A stretch of 64,000 nucleotides of DNA from positions 223,627 through 287,626 of the forward strand of contig NIVC01001061.1 in the NCBI GenBank assembly GCA_002269645.1. Direction: 5' to 3'. Numbering within the stretch: the first letter of the stretch is position 1; each line of letters starts with the position of its first letter. This document shows positions 24,311 through 37,900 of the stretch, one piece after another. Source of the stretch: Macrostomum lignano. Lineage: Eukaryota. A model generated the notes under the pieces. That model had not been told where the DNA came from. It made no database searches and saw only the letters and a program-made list of their open reading frames with translations. Made by a program: the position numbers and the translations under genes.

Positions 24311-24629
24311 AATTATCAACCTGGCCGACAGAAACAACAATACTACTATTCCTAGTAATATTCTCGACACGAAATTTCCCTATATAGTTTGCACAAAGCT
24401 CGCACAAAAGCATGGATGTTGTTACTCGCTGTTAATCTTTATGTATTAATGATAACAATAAAAACAATGATAATCTCTAATACTCTCCCACAATACTACT
24501 TCCACGAAGTAGTTTATCGAAAAAATGAGTAAATATAACTGACAAATAAAAAAACTTCAGGAATGATTTTTCTAGCAATTTATGCTAGATAAAGTTACTC
24601 TCAGAATGTTCCTGCATAGCACAAAAAGA

Positions 24630-26075
24630 TCACACTGAGGGATATTGTGGAGAGGACAACAGCTGAGGGATATTGGGGATGAGGCAGCAGCTCACACTGA
24701 GGGATATTGGGGATGAGGCAGCAGCTCACACTGAGGGATATTGAGGATGAGGCAGCAGCTCACACTGAGGGATACTGGGGATGAGGCAGCAGCTCACACT
24801 GAGGGATATTGGGGATGAGGCAGCAGCTCACACTGAGGGATATTGGGGATGAGGCAGCAGCTCACACTGAGGGATACTGGGGGTGAGGCAGCAGCTCACA
24901 CTGAGGGATATTGGGGATGAGGCAGTAGCTCACACTGAGGGATATTGGGGATGAGGCAGCAGCTCACACTGAGGGATATTGGGGATGAGGCAGCAGCTCA
25001 CACTGAGGGATATTGGGGATGAGGCAGCAGCTCACACTGAGGGATATTGGGGATGAGGCAGCAGCTCACACTGAGGGATATTGGGGATGAGGCAGCAGCT
25101 CACACTGAGGGATATTGGGGATGAGGCAGCAGCTCACACTGAGGGATACTGGGGGTGAGGCAGCAGCTCACACTGAGGGATACTGGGGGTGAGGCAGCAG
25201 CTCACACTGAGGGATATTGGGGATGAGGCAGTAGCTCACACTGAGGGATATTGGGGATGAGGCAGCAGCTCACACTGAGGGATATTGGGGATGAGGCAGC
25301 AGCTCACACTGAGGGATATTGGGGATGAGGCAGCAGCTCACACTGAGGGATACTGGGGATGAGGCAGCAGCTCACACTGAGGGATATTGGGAATGAGGCA
25401 GCAGCTCACACTGAGGGATATTGGGGATGAGGCAGCAGCTCACACTGAGGGATATTGGGGATGAGGCAGCAGCTCACACTGAGGGATACTGGGGATGAGG
25501 CAGCAGCTCACACTGAGGGATATTGGGGATGAGGCAGCAGCTCACACTGAGGGATATTGGGGATGAGGCAGCAGCTCACACTGAGGGATACTGGGGATGA
25601 GGCAGCAGCTCACACTGAGGGATACTGGGGATGAGGCAGCAGCTCACACTGAGGGATACTGGGGATGAGGCAGCAGCTCACACTGAGGGATACTGGGGGT
25701 GAGGCAGCAGCTCACACTGAGGGATATTGGGGATGAGGCAGCAGCTCACACTGAGGGATATTGGGGATGAGGCAGCAGCTCACACTGAGGGATATTGGGG
25801 ATGAGGCAGCAGCTCACACTGAGGGATATTGGGGATGAGGCAGCAGCTCACACTGAGGGATATTGGGGATGAGGCAGCAGCTCACACTGAGGGATATTGG
25901 GGATGAGGCAGCAGCTCACACTGAGGGATATTGGGGATGAGGCAGCAGCTCACACTGAGGGATACTGGGGATGAGGCAGCAGCTCACACTGAGGGATATT
26001 GGGGATGAGGCAGCAGCTCACACTGAGGGATATTGGGGATGAGGCAGCAGCTCACACTGAGGGATATTGGGGATG
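24630..26075. repeat. 34-bp minisatellite (CACACTGAGGGATATTGGGGATGAGGCAGCAGCT), about 42 copies, between convergent TCF and MAK16
   Basis: Direct observation. Confidence 0.95.
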
Positions 26076-26287
26076 AAACAGAAACAGAAATTTGCAATCA
26101 AGCAGAAAAGAACCAAGATGCTAAACAACAGAGTTTACTATCAACGAATACTTTTGTCGGCAGCAAAATGCAATTATCTTGTCCGAGAGAAACAGATGTT
26201 TTTTGAGGACTCATTTACCGCCAATGATTGTGGCTCAAATTTATTTGACACAGACAGCCTGCTAAATGTGTGCGCTCGAAACATCAA

Positions 26288-27998
26288 TCAGTCTGAGTCG
26301 TACTCAACTGTCACCTTTGCTCGCTTCCTCGGCGGCGCGATGGCAGCCGCTCCTCTACTGCTGAGGGTCAGTTTCTGGCGCACCGGCGGCTCCTCTTCCT
26401 CGCCCTCCTCCTGCTGCTCCTGGATGTCTTCGATCTCCTCTTCAGATTCGTCAAAATCTTCCACGTATTCGGTTTCGCTTTCGGACTCGTCCTCTTCTTC
26501 TTCTTCAGACTCCTCGTCGTCCTCCTCATCTTCAACTTCAACGGCCTGCAACGCTTTCTCGTAGGCGGCCCGGTCTACGTTGACGAACTCCTCGGGGTTG
26601 GCGGCCCGCAGCCTATCCAGCATCTCCTTCTCGATGGCGGTCTCCAGGCCGGCCCGAACCAGAGCCTTATCCTCTCGTCGACGTTCGCGACGTTCAACTT
26701 TGCGCGACAGCGGCACGAGCTTCGTCTCGGAGGTGAGCACCAGCCTGCGGCTGCGCTTCTGCACCTCAAGTAGGCGGTCGAATCTAAAAAAGGGGACGGG
26801 ACAAGGATCGCGAGGTAGCGGGCTTTTTGCAAAGTTGTTTACAATGCAGTGCACCTACAGACAGGGCACCCATAGACAGTGCAGCACCTACAGACAGTGC
26901 ACCCACAGACAGTGCTGCACCTACAGGCAGGGCACGACAGACAGTGCACCCACAGACAGGGCAATACAGACAGGGCTACCACAGACAGTTCACCCACAGA
27001 CAGTGCACCCACAGACAGGGCACCCACAAACAGTGCACCACAGACAGGGCACCCACAGACAATGCACATACAGACAGTGCAGCACCTACAGACAGTGCAG
27101 CACCTACACACAGGGCACCAACAGACAGTGCAGCACCTACAGACAGTGCACCCACAGACAGTGAAGCACCCACAGACAGGGCACCCACAGACAGTGCAGC
27201 ACCCACAGACAGTGCACCCACAGACAGGGAAATACAGACAATGCACCACAGACAGTGGACCAGACAGGGCACCACAGACGGCACCAGACAGTGCACCCAC
27301 AGACAGTGCACCCATAGACAGTGTACGCACAGACAGTGCACCCACAGACAGTGCACCCATAGACAGTGTACGCAGACAGTGCAACCACAGACAGTGCACC
27401 CACAGACAGTGCACCCACAGACAGGGCACCCACATACAGTGCACCCATAGACAGTGTACGCAGACAGTGCAACCACAGACAGTGCACCCACAGACAGTGC
27501 ACCCACAGACAGGGCACCCACATACAGTGCACCCATAGACAGTGTACGCAGACAGTGCACCCACAGACAGTGCACCCACAGACAGTGCACCCACAGACAG
27601 GGCACCCACATACAGTGCACCGCAGACAGTGCACCGCAGACAGGGCAATACAGACAGGGCACCCACCTGGCAATAACCCTCCGTCGAATCCAATTGTTCC
27701 AATAGATAAGCTTCTCTTTAATCTGGCCAATGGCCCGCTCGTAGTTTCGATGCAGTTTAACTCGCTCCCACATCTTGGCCGGCAGGTGGGCCCGCTCGGC
27801 CACCTTCATGTAGAGATAGATGACGCCGTCCTCCTCTCGGACGGTGGCATACTGGGAGTTGGCCAGCGGGCAAGAGTGCCGATTGCACAAGCCGGTCAAG
27901 TTGTACTCATTTCGACAAAACTTTGACGTTTTAGTCTTGGTCATAAAACTGCAGAAGCTGTTGTTTATAATCTGCCATATTAAATCGTCGCTGTTCAT
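26288..27998 (-). CDS. MAK16: MAK16 ribosome biogenesis protein, about 275 aa; exons 27998-27667 and 26783-26288
   Basis: [18 protein letters not shown]...[29 protein letters not shown] is the MAK16 N-terminus. A phase-2 GT-AG intron joins it to [21 protein letters not shown]...[10 protein letters not shown] and an acidic tail. Confidence 0.96.
26840..27666. repeat. Degenerate CACAGACAGTGCAC(C)-based repeat filling the MAK16 intron
   Basis: The array runs right up to the GT donor at 27666. Confidence 0.9.
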
Positions 27999-30900
27999 GG
28001 CCGCTGCATAAGTGACAAGAGACCAGGTTTCATCAGTCCGCTAATCTAGTAAGTCTTGGCTAGCGGCACAAATATCAAGAGACAGGTCTTTGATTAGACA
28101 GCCATTGCCCACTTATGTTAGCCTGTCACTCTTCATAGCTAGGCGAAGGCCCATCCTTGCCTCCTCAAGAGCAGGCCATTGAGTATGGCAGTACTGAATG
28201 CTATTCTATGACAGGTGTAGGTGTAGTGCAAATCATCCATACAGCTATGAAAGCTATGCGGCCATCAACCCACTAATTGGTTGGTAGTTTTATGGGCAAC
28301 TCTTGCAAGAATTTGCTGATAAATGTGAATATACTGGTTCTAATCCAAGTATTGAATAAATTGATTTGCAATATGCATTGAATTAACTTGCAACATTAAA
28401 AAAATATTCTTTATCTTTAATTAAAGGAACTTTTTATGCTCTTACAAAAAGTCAACATTTGCACTTGAATTATGAATGCAGCTGAATCAATAAATACAAT
28501 GAGAATGATGCCTAGAAGCATGCCTTTTTTCTTTCTCTGGCTAGTCATAGAGAAGTTGAGTTTAAAGAAGATAAACTGGTTATGACAAGCAATAGCTCCA
28601 ATGCAATATGTGGAACAATGAGCAAGATACTCATTGTTCCACATAGATTTCTATGCTTTACAATTAGCTTTAGGACCATAAGACTTATTGCAATAATTAA
28701 AATTAACAAAAACTAGAATAGTAAAAAACATTTAATAGTTAAGAACAAAATTCCATTGATGAGTATTATATTTAATAACAATGCTGTTTGATTAAAAAAA
28801 TAGTTCTTTGCAAAAATGTGCAATATGACATCTATTATACTAAAAAAAAATTAACAATATGAAAAATATTACAAGTTTTAAAGCATAGAATTAGTGCTTA
28901 CTTAGGCTTAGGTAAGTCCATTCAAAGAAGTTATTTTTACTCAAAATAGTTCATAGATTAAATTCTTGGAGTCAAAATAATTTAACAAATGAAACTTGAC
29001 AATTGCTAGATTATAGTGTGTGGCTAAAGTAAATAACTTCTTGATACCAAAATGAACTATTGCCTATGCCAAAAAGACTAGCAACAATGATATAAGTAAA
29101 CCTATATAAATAGTGTGCAGTGATCTTGTCTGTCACCATTTTGTCTAGTGCCAGATGAAACAACTTTTTCTAGTAGACAAATAGAATGTAAGGCAAGCCA
29201 CATTAGTTTATGGCAGATGTACTTGAGTGAAGTAAAATAAAAATATTTAATTTATTAGTTTCAATAGAAGTTATAAAAATCTGTGCACAAGTTTGTACAA
29301 CACCTTTTAGAATAGTGATTTTGTCTACTATGCTTCAGAATATGCTCAATTATATGTGTAGTCCTATATATAAATGTATATTCAATATGCACTTTATTGT
29401 GTATATATAAAAATGACACACGCATAATAAACATACCCACTAAACTAATTATTGCAATCTACAATTACAGTTTAGAATGGGGAAAAGTCAAATTAATAAC
29501 TGGACTCATGCTGTTTATGGCCACCCACTTTTGAAAAGGCTTTAAACTAATTCAGGAAACCTAGAACACTTATATTCCAAGAGTTGGTTGACCAGATTGT
29601 GTTGACTTTGGTATGTTATATATACATTGTCCATTAGAAGTGGCAATCCAAAGTTTTCTAATTTGGTCTTGTCAATAAAGTAAGTGAATTAATTGCATGT
29701 TTACATGTTGTTAGCATAAAGCAACAAGCTTTGCAGCGAAATAAATTTAACAAGTGGCAACATCTAAAATAGTGCTCTTTTTCTAAAATGTAATACTCAT
29801 TAACAATATAGTATACTTTTATAATGCTATGGTTGTAGCCTGCCAGTTCATAGAAAATACTGTATTTGAATTATTGCTAAAAATTCTATTTTAATTTATG
29901 ATATAAAATAATATTTTCCAAATATTTTGTTCAAAATGTGTTTCCAAAAATAGTATAAATAGAATGCAAATTGGAGAGGAGCAGACAACTTATGTATATA
30001 TTCGTTTTTAAACTAGAAACTATAAGCTTAAATCTTCCAACATTTGAAAAGTTAACCAAATTTGCACTGCATTCCTTAAAAAGGCTTAAATCACTTCTAG
30101 ACTAGGCCTATAAGAAAATCCCAACACTGGGAGAATTGAAAACTGCTAAAAGCAAGAATTATCTTAGTATTCTGAAATAATCATCTTAAAATAGTACAAA
30201 TGCCTAGATGCTGTGACCCTCTGATCCTGGGAAATCCTGGATGAAAGAATTTCCCTTTATAATAATAAATAAAATCTAGGAATAAAAAAGGGTTCAGTGC
30301 CAAAAAACTGCTTAGGCTGCTATATATACTACAAATAGATAAATAAATATGCTACTAATAAGAACATTCATATTGTGGTAGGTGGGGCTATAACATTTTT
30401 CTCTCCTAGGTTTGGTTGGTATGCCCCAACTGGTGTTTCAACTTCTATGCATGAATATTTAACCCTGCGAAAAGATGCATAATTTGCATGTTCTTTGGAC
30501 TTTGGTTTTCTTTGCTTGGACTTTTGCTTTAGTGTTTTATTAAAACTTCCCACTTTTCTGTTGTAATAACCTTGCTAATTGGCCTACTTTTCTACTTTGT
30601 CTTACCTTTGTTTCTTAGGGGCCTATCTGTGCAGTTCATTAGGCCCTAGTCTACGAAACCTAATAATACCAATTTAATTATTTATTCTACACCCTGGTAC
30701 ATTGGATTTTATCTCAATTGTTGGTAGCAGCTCTTTTATAATCAAGCATTAATAATTCTTGCACAATCTGTTGACCATAAAACTTATCCCATAAATTGCA
30801 TAATAATAACCAATATTTATTGTCATTAATTATGCTAATAATTTAACAAAGTGGCAACAGAAATTGGTAGGCTTAAAACTTGAAGAAAAACTAGAGAAAT

Positions 30901-31468
30901 TGTGTTATTAATGCTAATTGTTGATTAAGATGAATTTAGGACTAGCATTGGCTAGCAATAAACCTTTACAGCTTTATATGGTAGACTTAAACAGTTAAAC
31001 TTAATAGTTGGGCTACATTGAAATGAAATATATCAAGTAATTAACACCAGACCAAATCAAGTAACTATTAAGGCCTAGGGCAAGTAAAATTATAACAGCC
31101 AAACAGTAGCACTAGATTCGTCTTTTGGTTAGTAAATGGTCGGTCAATTTTATGAAGGATAGGCCTATCTCATCTATATGACTATATTTAGGCCCTAATA
31201 GCTATAGGCTGATAAAAACTTGATTTTGCCTGTATAATAAAATATATAATTTACTAAAATTGCTAAAATATTTAAATGTCATGATGCAACGTTATTGGAG
31301 TACGAACCATAAAAAACATGATAACTACAAGCGAATAATTACAATTTCTGTTCTGACTTCTGATGCTTTCAAAAGAAGAGACAGAAGTTAATAATTTTTA
31401 AGTTTTCTTGGAAACAACATTTTAAACTTATTCGAAAATTCAATTTTTTTATACGTAATGATGAGCTT

Positions 31469-31728
31469 GGGCCTTTTCATATTACCAATTCCAGAACCAG
31501 AATCGGTTCGGAATTCCAAGAAAAACAGCAATATAACTATTAAACTCTGTTAATATTTGACTGCCTTAACAACCTAACTTAGCACAATTTTTCACTTTCT
31601 TCTTGGCGATTGTCATTCAATAATAAAAACTTTATAGCACGTATCTCCCTCTAGTTATGGAGACAAAAAGTTATACTTCACAAATTGGTTCTGGTTCTGG
31701 AACCAGAGCAAGCAATATGAAAAGGCCC
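31469..31728 (-). mobile_element. 260-bp MITE, PIF/Harbinger-like (copy A)
   Basis: TIR GGGCCTTTTCATATT / AATATGAAAAGGCCC with a 3-bp TSD CTT on both sides. Confidence 0.8.
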
Positions 31729-31740
31729 CTTTTCAACTAT

Positions 31741-33015
31741 GGGCCTTTTCATATTGCTTGCTCTGGTTCCAGAACCAGAACCAATTTGTGAAGTATAACT
31801 TTTTGTCTCCATAACTAGAGGGAGATACGTGCTATAAAGTTTTTATTATTGAATGACAATCGCCAAGAAGAAAGTGAAAAATTGTGCTAAGTTAGGTTGT
31901 TAAGGCAGTCAAATATACCTTTTTACGTTCTATTTGATAAAAACTGCAACCAATTTGGCCACGGCTCAGCCTGACCATAGACATAGAATTTTCCATAGAC
32001 AGCCACCGCTAGCGGCAACCAATTTGGTAAAAACTGCGAGCTATTTTGCCAGCTTGAAGATAGCAGCTGCTCTGATGGCGAATCGTGGGCCGTACCAAAA
32101 GATAAGTCAGCTGGATCGAGAGCGAATCGTGAGAGCGTACAGGAGTGGCGACGACTGGGGAGAGCTTGGCAGAATGATGGGGATGAAGAAACCGACAGTG
32201 AGGAACATCGTGACCACGTATGAACGAACTGGTAGAGTTGGCACTCTGCCAAAAGGAGGAGTGAAGAGGATGGCGCTGACGGAGGCTATGGTGGACACCA
32301 TTGTTCAATTCGAACGAGCACTTCATGGAATTCCTCTCTGAGATCGATGTTCTGATGGAAGAGGAGTTTGTGCTACTGTCCGATGGGGCTCGCGCTCACC
32401 TAGTTGTCCCTGGGATGTCTGAAGGTCATGCTCACCGATTCCTGCCTCCATACTCGCCGTTCATCAACCCGGCGGAGTACGCAGGCTCAGCGCTGAAGGC
32501 CAAGCTGAAAACGCAATTGCAATCACCTGCCATTCAGCGCGAGGTTGCAGATACTGGACTGGCTGCTGCAGCAGGTGCGACACTGCATCAGCACAGGATA
32601 CGCATTCTGAAGAGAGAAGTGCAGCAAGCACTGAACTGCATCACGCCTCTCAAGTGCCTGCGCTGGATCAACCATTCCCAGACGTACTTCAATCGGTGCT
32701 TGAATGCTGAGGACATAATGTTCTGACTTCGTGCATGTATTGTTAACATTCTTTATCGTTATTGTTATGCTATTGAGCTGCTATCTTCAAGCTGGCAAAA
32801 TAGCTCGCAGTTTTTACCAAATTGGTTGCCGCTAGCGGTGGCTGTCTATGGAAAATTGCTGCGGCTACGTCAGGCTGAGCCGTGGCCAAATTGGTTGCAG
32901 TTTTTATCAAATAGAACGTAAAAAGGAATATTAACAGAGTTTAATAGTTATACTGCGCTTTTTCTTGGAATTCCGAACCGATTCTGGTTCTGGAATTGGT
33001 AATATGAAAAGGCCC
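31741..33015 (+). mobile_element. Second copy of the same MITE (copy B), inverted relative to A and interrupted by a Tc1-like element
   Basis: Same TIRs, 3-bp TSD TAT on both sides. The outer segments are the reverse complement of copy A. Confidence 0.8.
31916..32928 (+). mobile_element. Internally deleted IS630/Tc1-like transposon with about 150-bp TIRs
   Basis: TIRs 31916-32068 and 32776-32928, TA duplication (31914-15, 32929-30). HTH-like N-terminus (MANRGPYQKIS...TVRNIVTTYERTG) is joined out of frame to DGARAH...LPPYSPFINPAE; the first catalytic Asp region is deleted. Confidence 0.85.
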
Positions 33016-34942
33016 TATGAAAAGCGATGGACTAATGGACTAATGGATCTAACATGCTAAAAATATCGTAACCCGAAACGCAAAAACAGAAAAAATCACA
33101 TATTAGATACTGTTTTGGATTAATACCAATTTTAATTTTTTCCTTAATTTTCAGTTCTGGTAAGAAAACCATATCATAAAAGTAAAACATAACATAACAT
33201 AACATAAAACTAAGTCTTATCCTCTTAGGGCTTCAATGCATTATCTTAATAAAACCGAAGGACGACTTATAATGAGACGAAAACCGTAAAGGCTAGAAAC
33301 ACTAACCCTACAAGCCTAACTTCGTATCCTAGAAAATGTAAGTTTGAGGGCTGGCTTTATATGGCTATAGCTTGTGGAATAGAATATTCCCTCTCCTCTC
33401 CCGACAGTTGTACATGTAAGTGTAATGATACAATTGTACACATGAGTAAAATTTCGTCGATTAACAAGATTTTAACGTTAATTACGCTCGTATGGCGTAC
33501 CATGCGCTAATCGCGACAAAAAAGTATGGATGATGCATGCCATCATGTACTTGTTGTATATTGTACGTACATGTACTTGATGGCTTTCGGCCCCTTTCGT
33601 GGAAGCCTTCGGGCCTCAGGTCTCAGAAATAAATCAATTAGAGTCCTGCCCCCCACTCCTGTCAGATGGTCAAGCCATCAACCCATGGTAGCTTGATCGT
33701 GTGGCGAGCAGTCTAGGTCCTATAGCTAAGAGAGGGACAGCGAGAGACGAGCAGGGAGAATTTTGAATGTAGAAATTAGCTAATCCGCAGATCAACTAAC
33801 TTGCTGCCACCAGCCCGTGCGCCCTGGCTCACCACACCGGGACTCTCGAAATCGGGCTTCCGACTAGAAGGGGCTTTGCACTTACCTGCCAACTAGTGTC
33901 TTTTTGCTGTCAATCTCGAAGTCATAGCCGATGATAAGGGACACTGCTGGGACTAGATCGCGTTGGCCATGCAGGTACAGAGGGGACTTGTGCAGGGGAT
34001 TCTTGCGGTGGCGAGTCTATGGGGTAGCTGCATGTACTATTACATTGCTAAATACGAAGATATGTACTTTTGGCCTTCAACGCGCCAACTAGCCTCTCAT
34101 AGCGCTGATGATAGGCTAACTCGAACATCGGAGACCGCATGATTCATTACCCGAGCCGCCTGGCGAATCTAGAGTGCACAGAGTACATCTCTAGCGCCGA
34201 TTTTGCACTATTGGCAGTTTCGCTAACTGATTTGATAGATTGATCGACTGAGAACCGTCTTGCCACCATGGTCCACTGTGACCGGCGCCTTACTAGCTTA
34301 GCTACTCAAATGTTATTGTTTCTTAACGACAGCAAAAAAGCGCATGATGTTTCCGACTTGTATTTGTGAATTGTTCCAGCTCACTGAAACAATGTGCAAA
34401 AAAAATTAACACCAGCTCTCACGATGTGGACGGGTATCGTCTTTATGGGTGCATCGTCTATACCCTTTCCTCGCCCTCGTGGTCGCATTCAGAAATTGTC
34501 AAAGATTTAAATAATCGAAGTTTTGCGAGATCACTTTCGCTACTTCAAAACATCAAATATTTTTGCGATGAAATCGCGAGATTCGAGCTTGTGGAGCGTC
34601 TGATTTCTCATTGTGAACTGGAAGATTTAGCATTTAGCATTTCTTATTTAAACGCACCTTTTACCAATTTATTTTTCAACAACAAGGTATACGCTTGGTT
34701 TTTAATTTAAACAAAACTTTTTGCAGTTTAAAATCACAATTACGCTGTTATTTTAAACTTTAGATAGCACACGAAAGGACCAATATATAGTTGAATTTTT
34801 TCTTAAAAGAAACTCGCGTCTCAACAATTGCTAAGGAAATTTTGAAGATAATAAACCATAAACCACAGGAGCAAGTCTAACTATTCAGTCTGCAGTAATC
34901 ACTCCCTACATGCTCTGCTAATGTAACTTCAAACTGTCAAGT

Positions 34943-37900
34943 CTACGACACGACCCGCGTCTCGCTGGCCACCTTCTTGACCTCCTCTGGCGAGGCCTCC
35001 TTGTTGCTGAAGCTGCAGCGGATCTCCCGGCCGTGCCGGCTCATCACAGGCCGGAAGTTGTCCACCATTGGGCGCTTCTTGGCTTTGTCGAAAAAGGTCT
35101 TGGTGAACTTCAGCAGCTGGAGGAGGCGCATCGAGGGGTCAGGGGTTCGTTAGCTGTAGCTAATTGTACATTGGGTGTGTTGTACAATTGTATGCATCCT
35201 GATCTACAGCCTGATGTACAGCCTGATCTACAGCTTGATCTACAGCCTGATCTACAGCCTGATCTACAGCCTGATCTACAGCCTGATCTACAGCCTGATC
35301 TACAGCCTGATCTACAGCCTGATGTACAGCTTGATCTACAGCTTGATCTACAGCCTGATCTATAGCCTGATCTACAGCCTGATCTACAGCCTAATCTACA
35401 GCCTGATCTACAGCTTGATCTACAGCCTGATCTACAGCCTGATGTACAGCCTGATCTATAGCTTGATCTACAGCCTGATCTACTACAGCCTGAACTACAG
35501 CCTGATCTATAGCCTGATCTACAGCCTGATCTACAGCTTGATCTACAGCCTGATCTATAGCTTGATCTACAGCCTGATCTACTACAGCCTGAACTACAGC
35601 CTGATCTATAGCCTGATCTACAGCCTGATCTACAGCCTGATGTACAGCCTGATCTACAGCCTGATGTACAGCCTGATCTACAGCCTGATTCATACCCAGA
35701 TCTATAGCCTGATATGCACTATAAAGCCTGGTCTACAGCTGATCTACAGCTGATCTATAGCTTGATCTACAGCCTGATCTACAGCCTGATCTACAGCCTG
35801 ATCTACAAGCCTGATCTACATAGCCTGGTCTACAGCTGATCTACAGCTGATCTACAGCTGATCTACAGCTTGATCTACAGCCTGGTCTACAGCTGATCTA
35901 TAGCCTGATCTATAGCCTGATCTATAGCCTGATCTACAGCCTGATCTACAGCCTGATGTACAGCCTGATCTACAACCTGATCTACAGTCTGATGTACAGC
36001 CTGATCTACAGCCTGATCTACAACCTGATCTACAGTCTGATGTACAGCCTGATCTACAGCCTGATCTACAATCCTGATCTACAGTCTGATGTACAGCCTG
36101 ATCTACAGCCTGATCTACAACCTGATCTACAGTCTGATGTACAGCCTGATCTACAGCCTGATCTACAATCCTGATCTACAGTCTGATGTACAGCCTGATC
36201 TACAGCCTGATCTACAACCTGATCTACAGTCTGATGTACAGCCTGATCTACAGCCTGATCTACAGTCTGATGTACAGCCTGATCTACAGCCTGATCTACA
36301 ACCTGATCTACAGTCTGATGTACAGCCTGATCTACAGCCTGATTTATACCCTGATCTATAGCCTGATATGCACTATAAAGCCTGGTCTACAGCTGATCTA
36401 CAGCCTGATCTACAGCCTGGTCTACAGCTGATCTATAGCCTGATCTATAGCCTGATCTATAGCCTGATCTACAGCCTGATCTACAGCCTGATCTACAGCC
36501 TGATCTACAACCTGATCTACAGTCTGATGTACAGCCTGATCTACAGCCTGATCTACAATCCTGATCTACAGTCTGATGTACAGCCTGATCTACAGCCTGA
36601 TCTACAACCTGATCTACAGTCTGATGTACAGCCTGATCTACAGCCTGATCTACAGTCTGATGTACAGCCTGATCTACAGCCTGATTTATACCCTGATCTA
36701 TAGCCTGATATGCACTATAAAGCCTGGTCTACAGCTGATCTACAGCCTGATCTACAGCCTGGTCTACAGCTGATCTATAGCCTGATCTATAGCCTGATCT
36801 ATAGCCTGATCTACAGCCTGATCTACAGCCTGATCTACAGCCTGATCTACAACCTGATCTACAGTCTGATGTACAGCCTGATCTACAGCCTGATCTACAA
36901 TCCTGATCTACAGTCTGATGTACAGCCTGATCTACAGCCTGATCTACAACCTGATCTACAGTCTGATGTACAGCCTGATCTACAGCCTGATCTACAGTCT
37001 GATGTACAGCCTGATCTACAGCCTGATCTACAACCTGATCTACAGTCTGATGTACAGCCTGATGTACAGCCTGATCTACAGCCTGATCTACAACCTGATC
37101 TACAGTCTGATGTACAGCCTGATCTACAGCCTGATTTATACCCTGATCTATAGCCTGATATGCACTATAAAGCCTGGTCTACAGCTGATCTACAGCCTGA
37201 TCTACAGCCTGGTCTACAGCTGATCTATAGCCTGATCTATAGCCTGATCTATAGCCTGATCTACAGCCTGATCTACAGCCTGATCTACAGCCTGATCTAC
37301 AAACCTGATCTACAGCTGATCTACAGCTGATCTATTAGCTTCATCTATAGCTTCATCTATAGCCTACAATAGGAAGAACTGTTTTGCGACTGCTCAACAA
37401 GGCTGAGAATCCTCATCAAAAACGACCAAACCGCTCACCAGCTCCTTCCGGATCTTCATGGAGTCGGTGAAGAGATGCCACTGCGCCACCGGGTTGCAGC
37501 TTGGGGTAGTGAAGGCGCCGTCGTAGTTCACGAACCGGTGCAGGCTCTCCGGCAGCAGGTCACGGAGCTGCAGCTCGACCGTCTCCACGTCTGAGGAGTG
37601 CAGGTGGCTGCTTTGAGACGGGCTGCTCATGGAGTGCGTATGGATGCTCCACTGGGTCTTGGAGTGCTAAACTGGATCTTGGAGTGCTCAACTGGGTCTT
37701 GGAGTGCTCAACTGGGTCTTGGAGTGCTCAACTGGGTCTTGAAGTGCTCAATCGGATCTTGGAGTGCTCAACTGGGTAATGGAGTGCTCAACTGGGTCTT
37801 GAAGTGCTCAACTGAATCTTGGAGTGCTCAACTGGGTCATAGAGTGCTCAACTGGGTCATAGAGTGCTCAACTGAGTCTTGGAGTGCTCAACTGGGTCAT

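Noticed and set aside
26827-27930. Long Cys/His/Thr-rich ORFs over the MAK16 intron
   Set aside because: Repeat-derived; the real MAK16 frame splices around them.
30368-30553. Lys-rich 61-aa ORF
   Set aside because: Isolated in AT-rich DNA with no motif or linked exons.
33880-33900. CACTTACCTG as the 5' end of U1 snRNA
   Set aside because: The downstream sequence does not resemble U1 and has no Sm site.
34366-34710. 114-aa ORF convergent with the CA fusion gene
   Set aside because: Non-ATG start, no domain, composition like the surrounding non-coding DNA.
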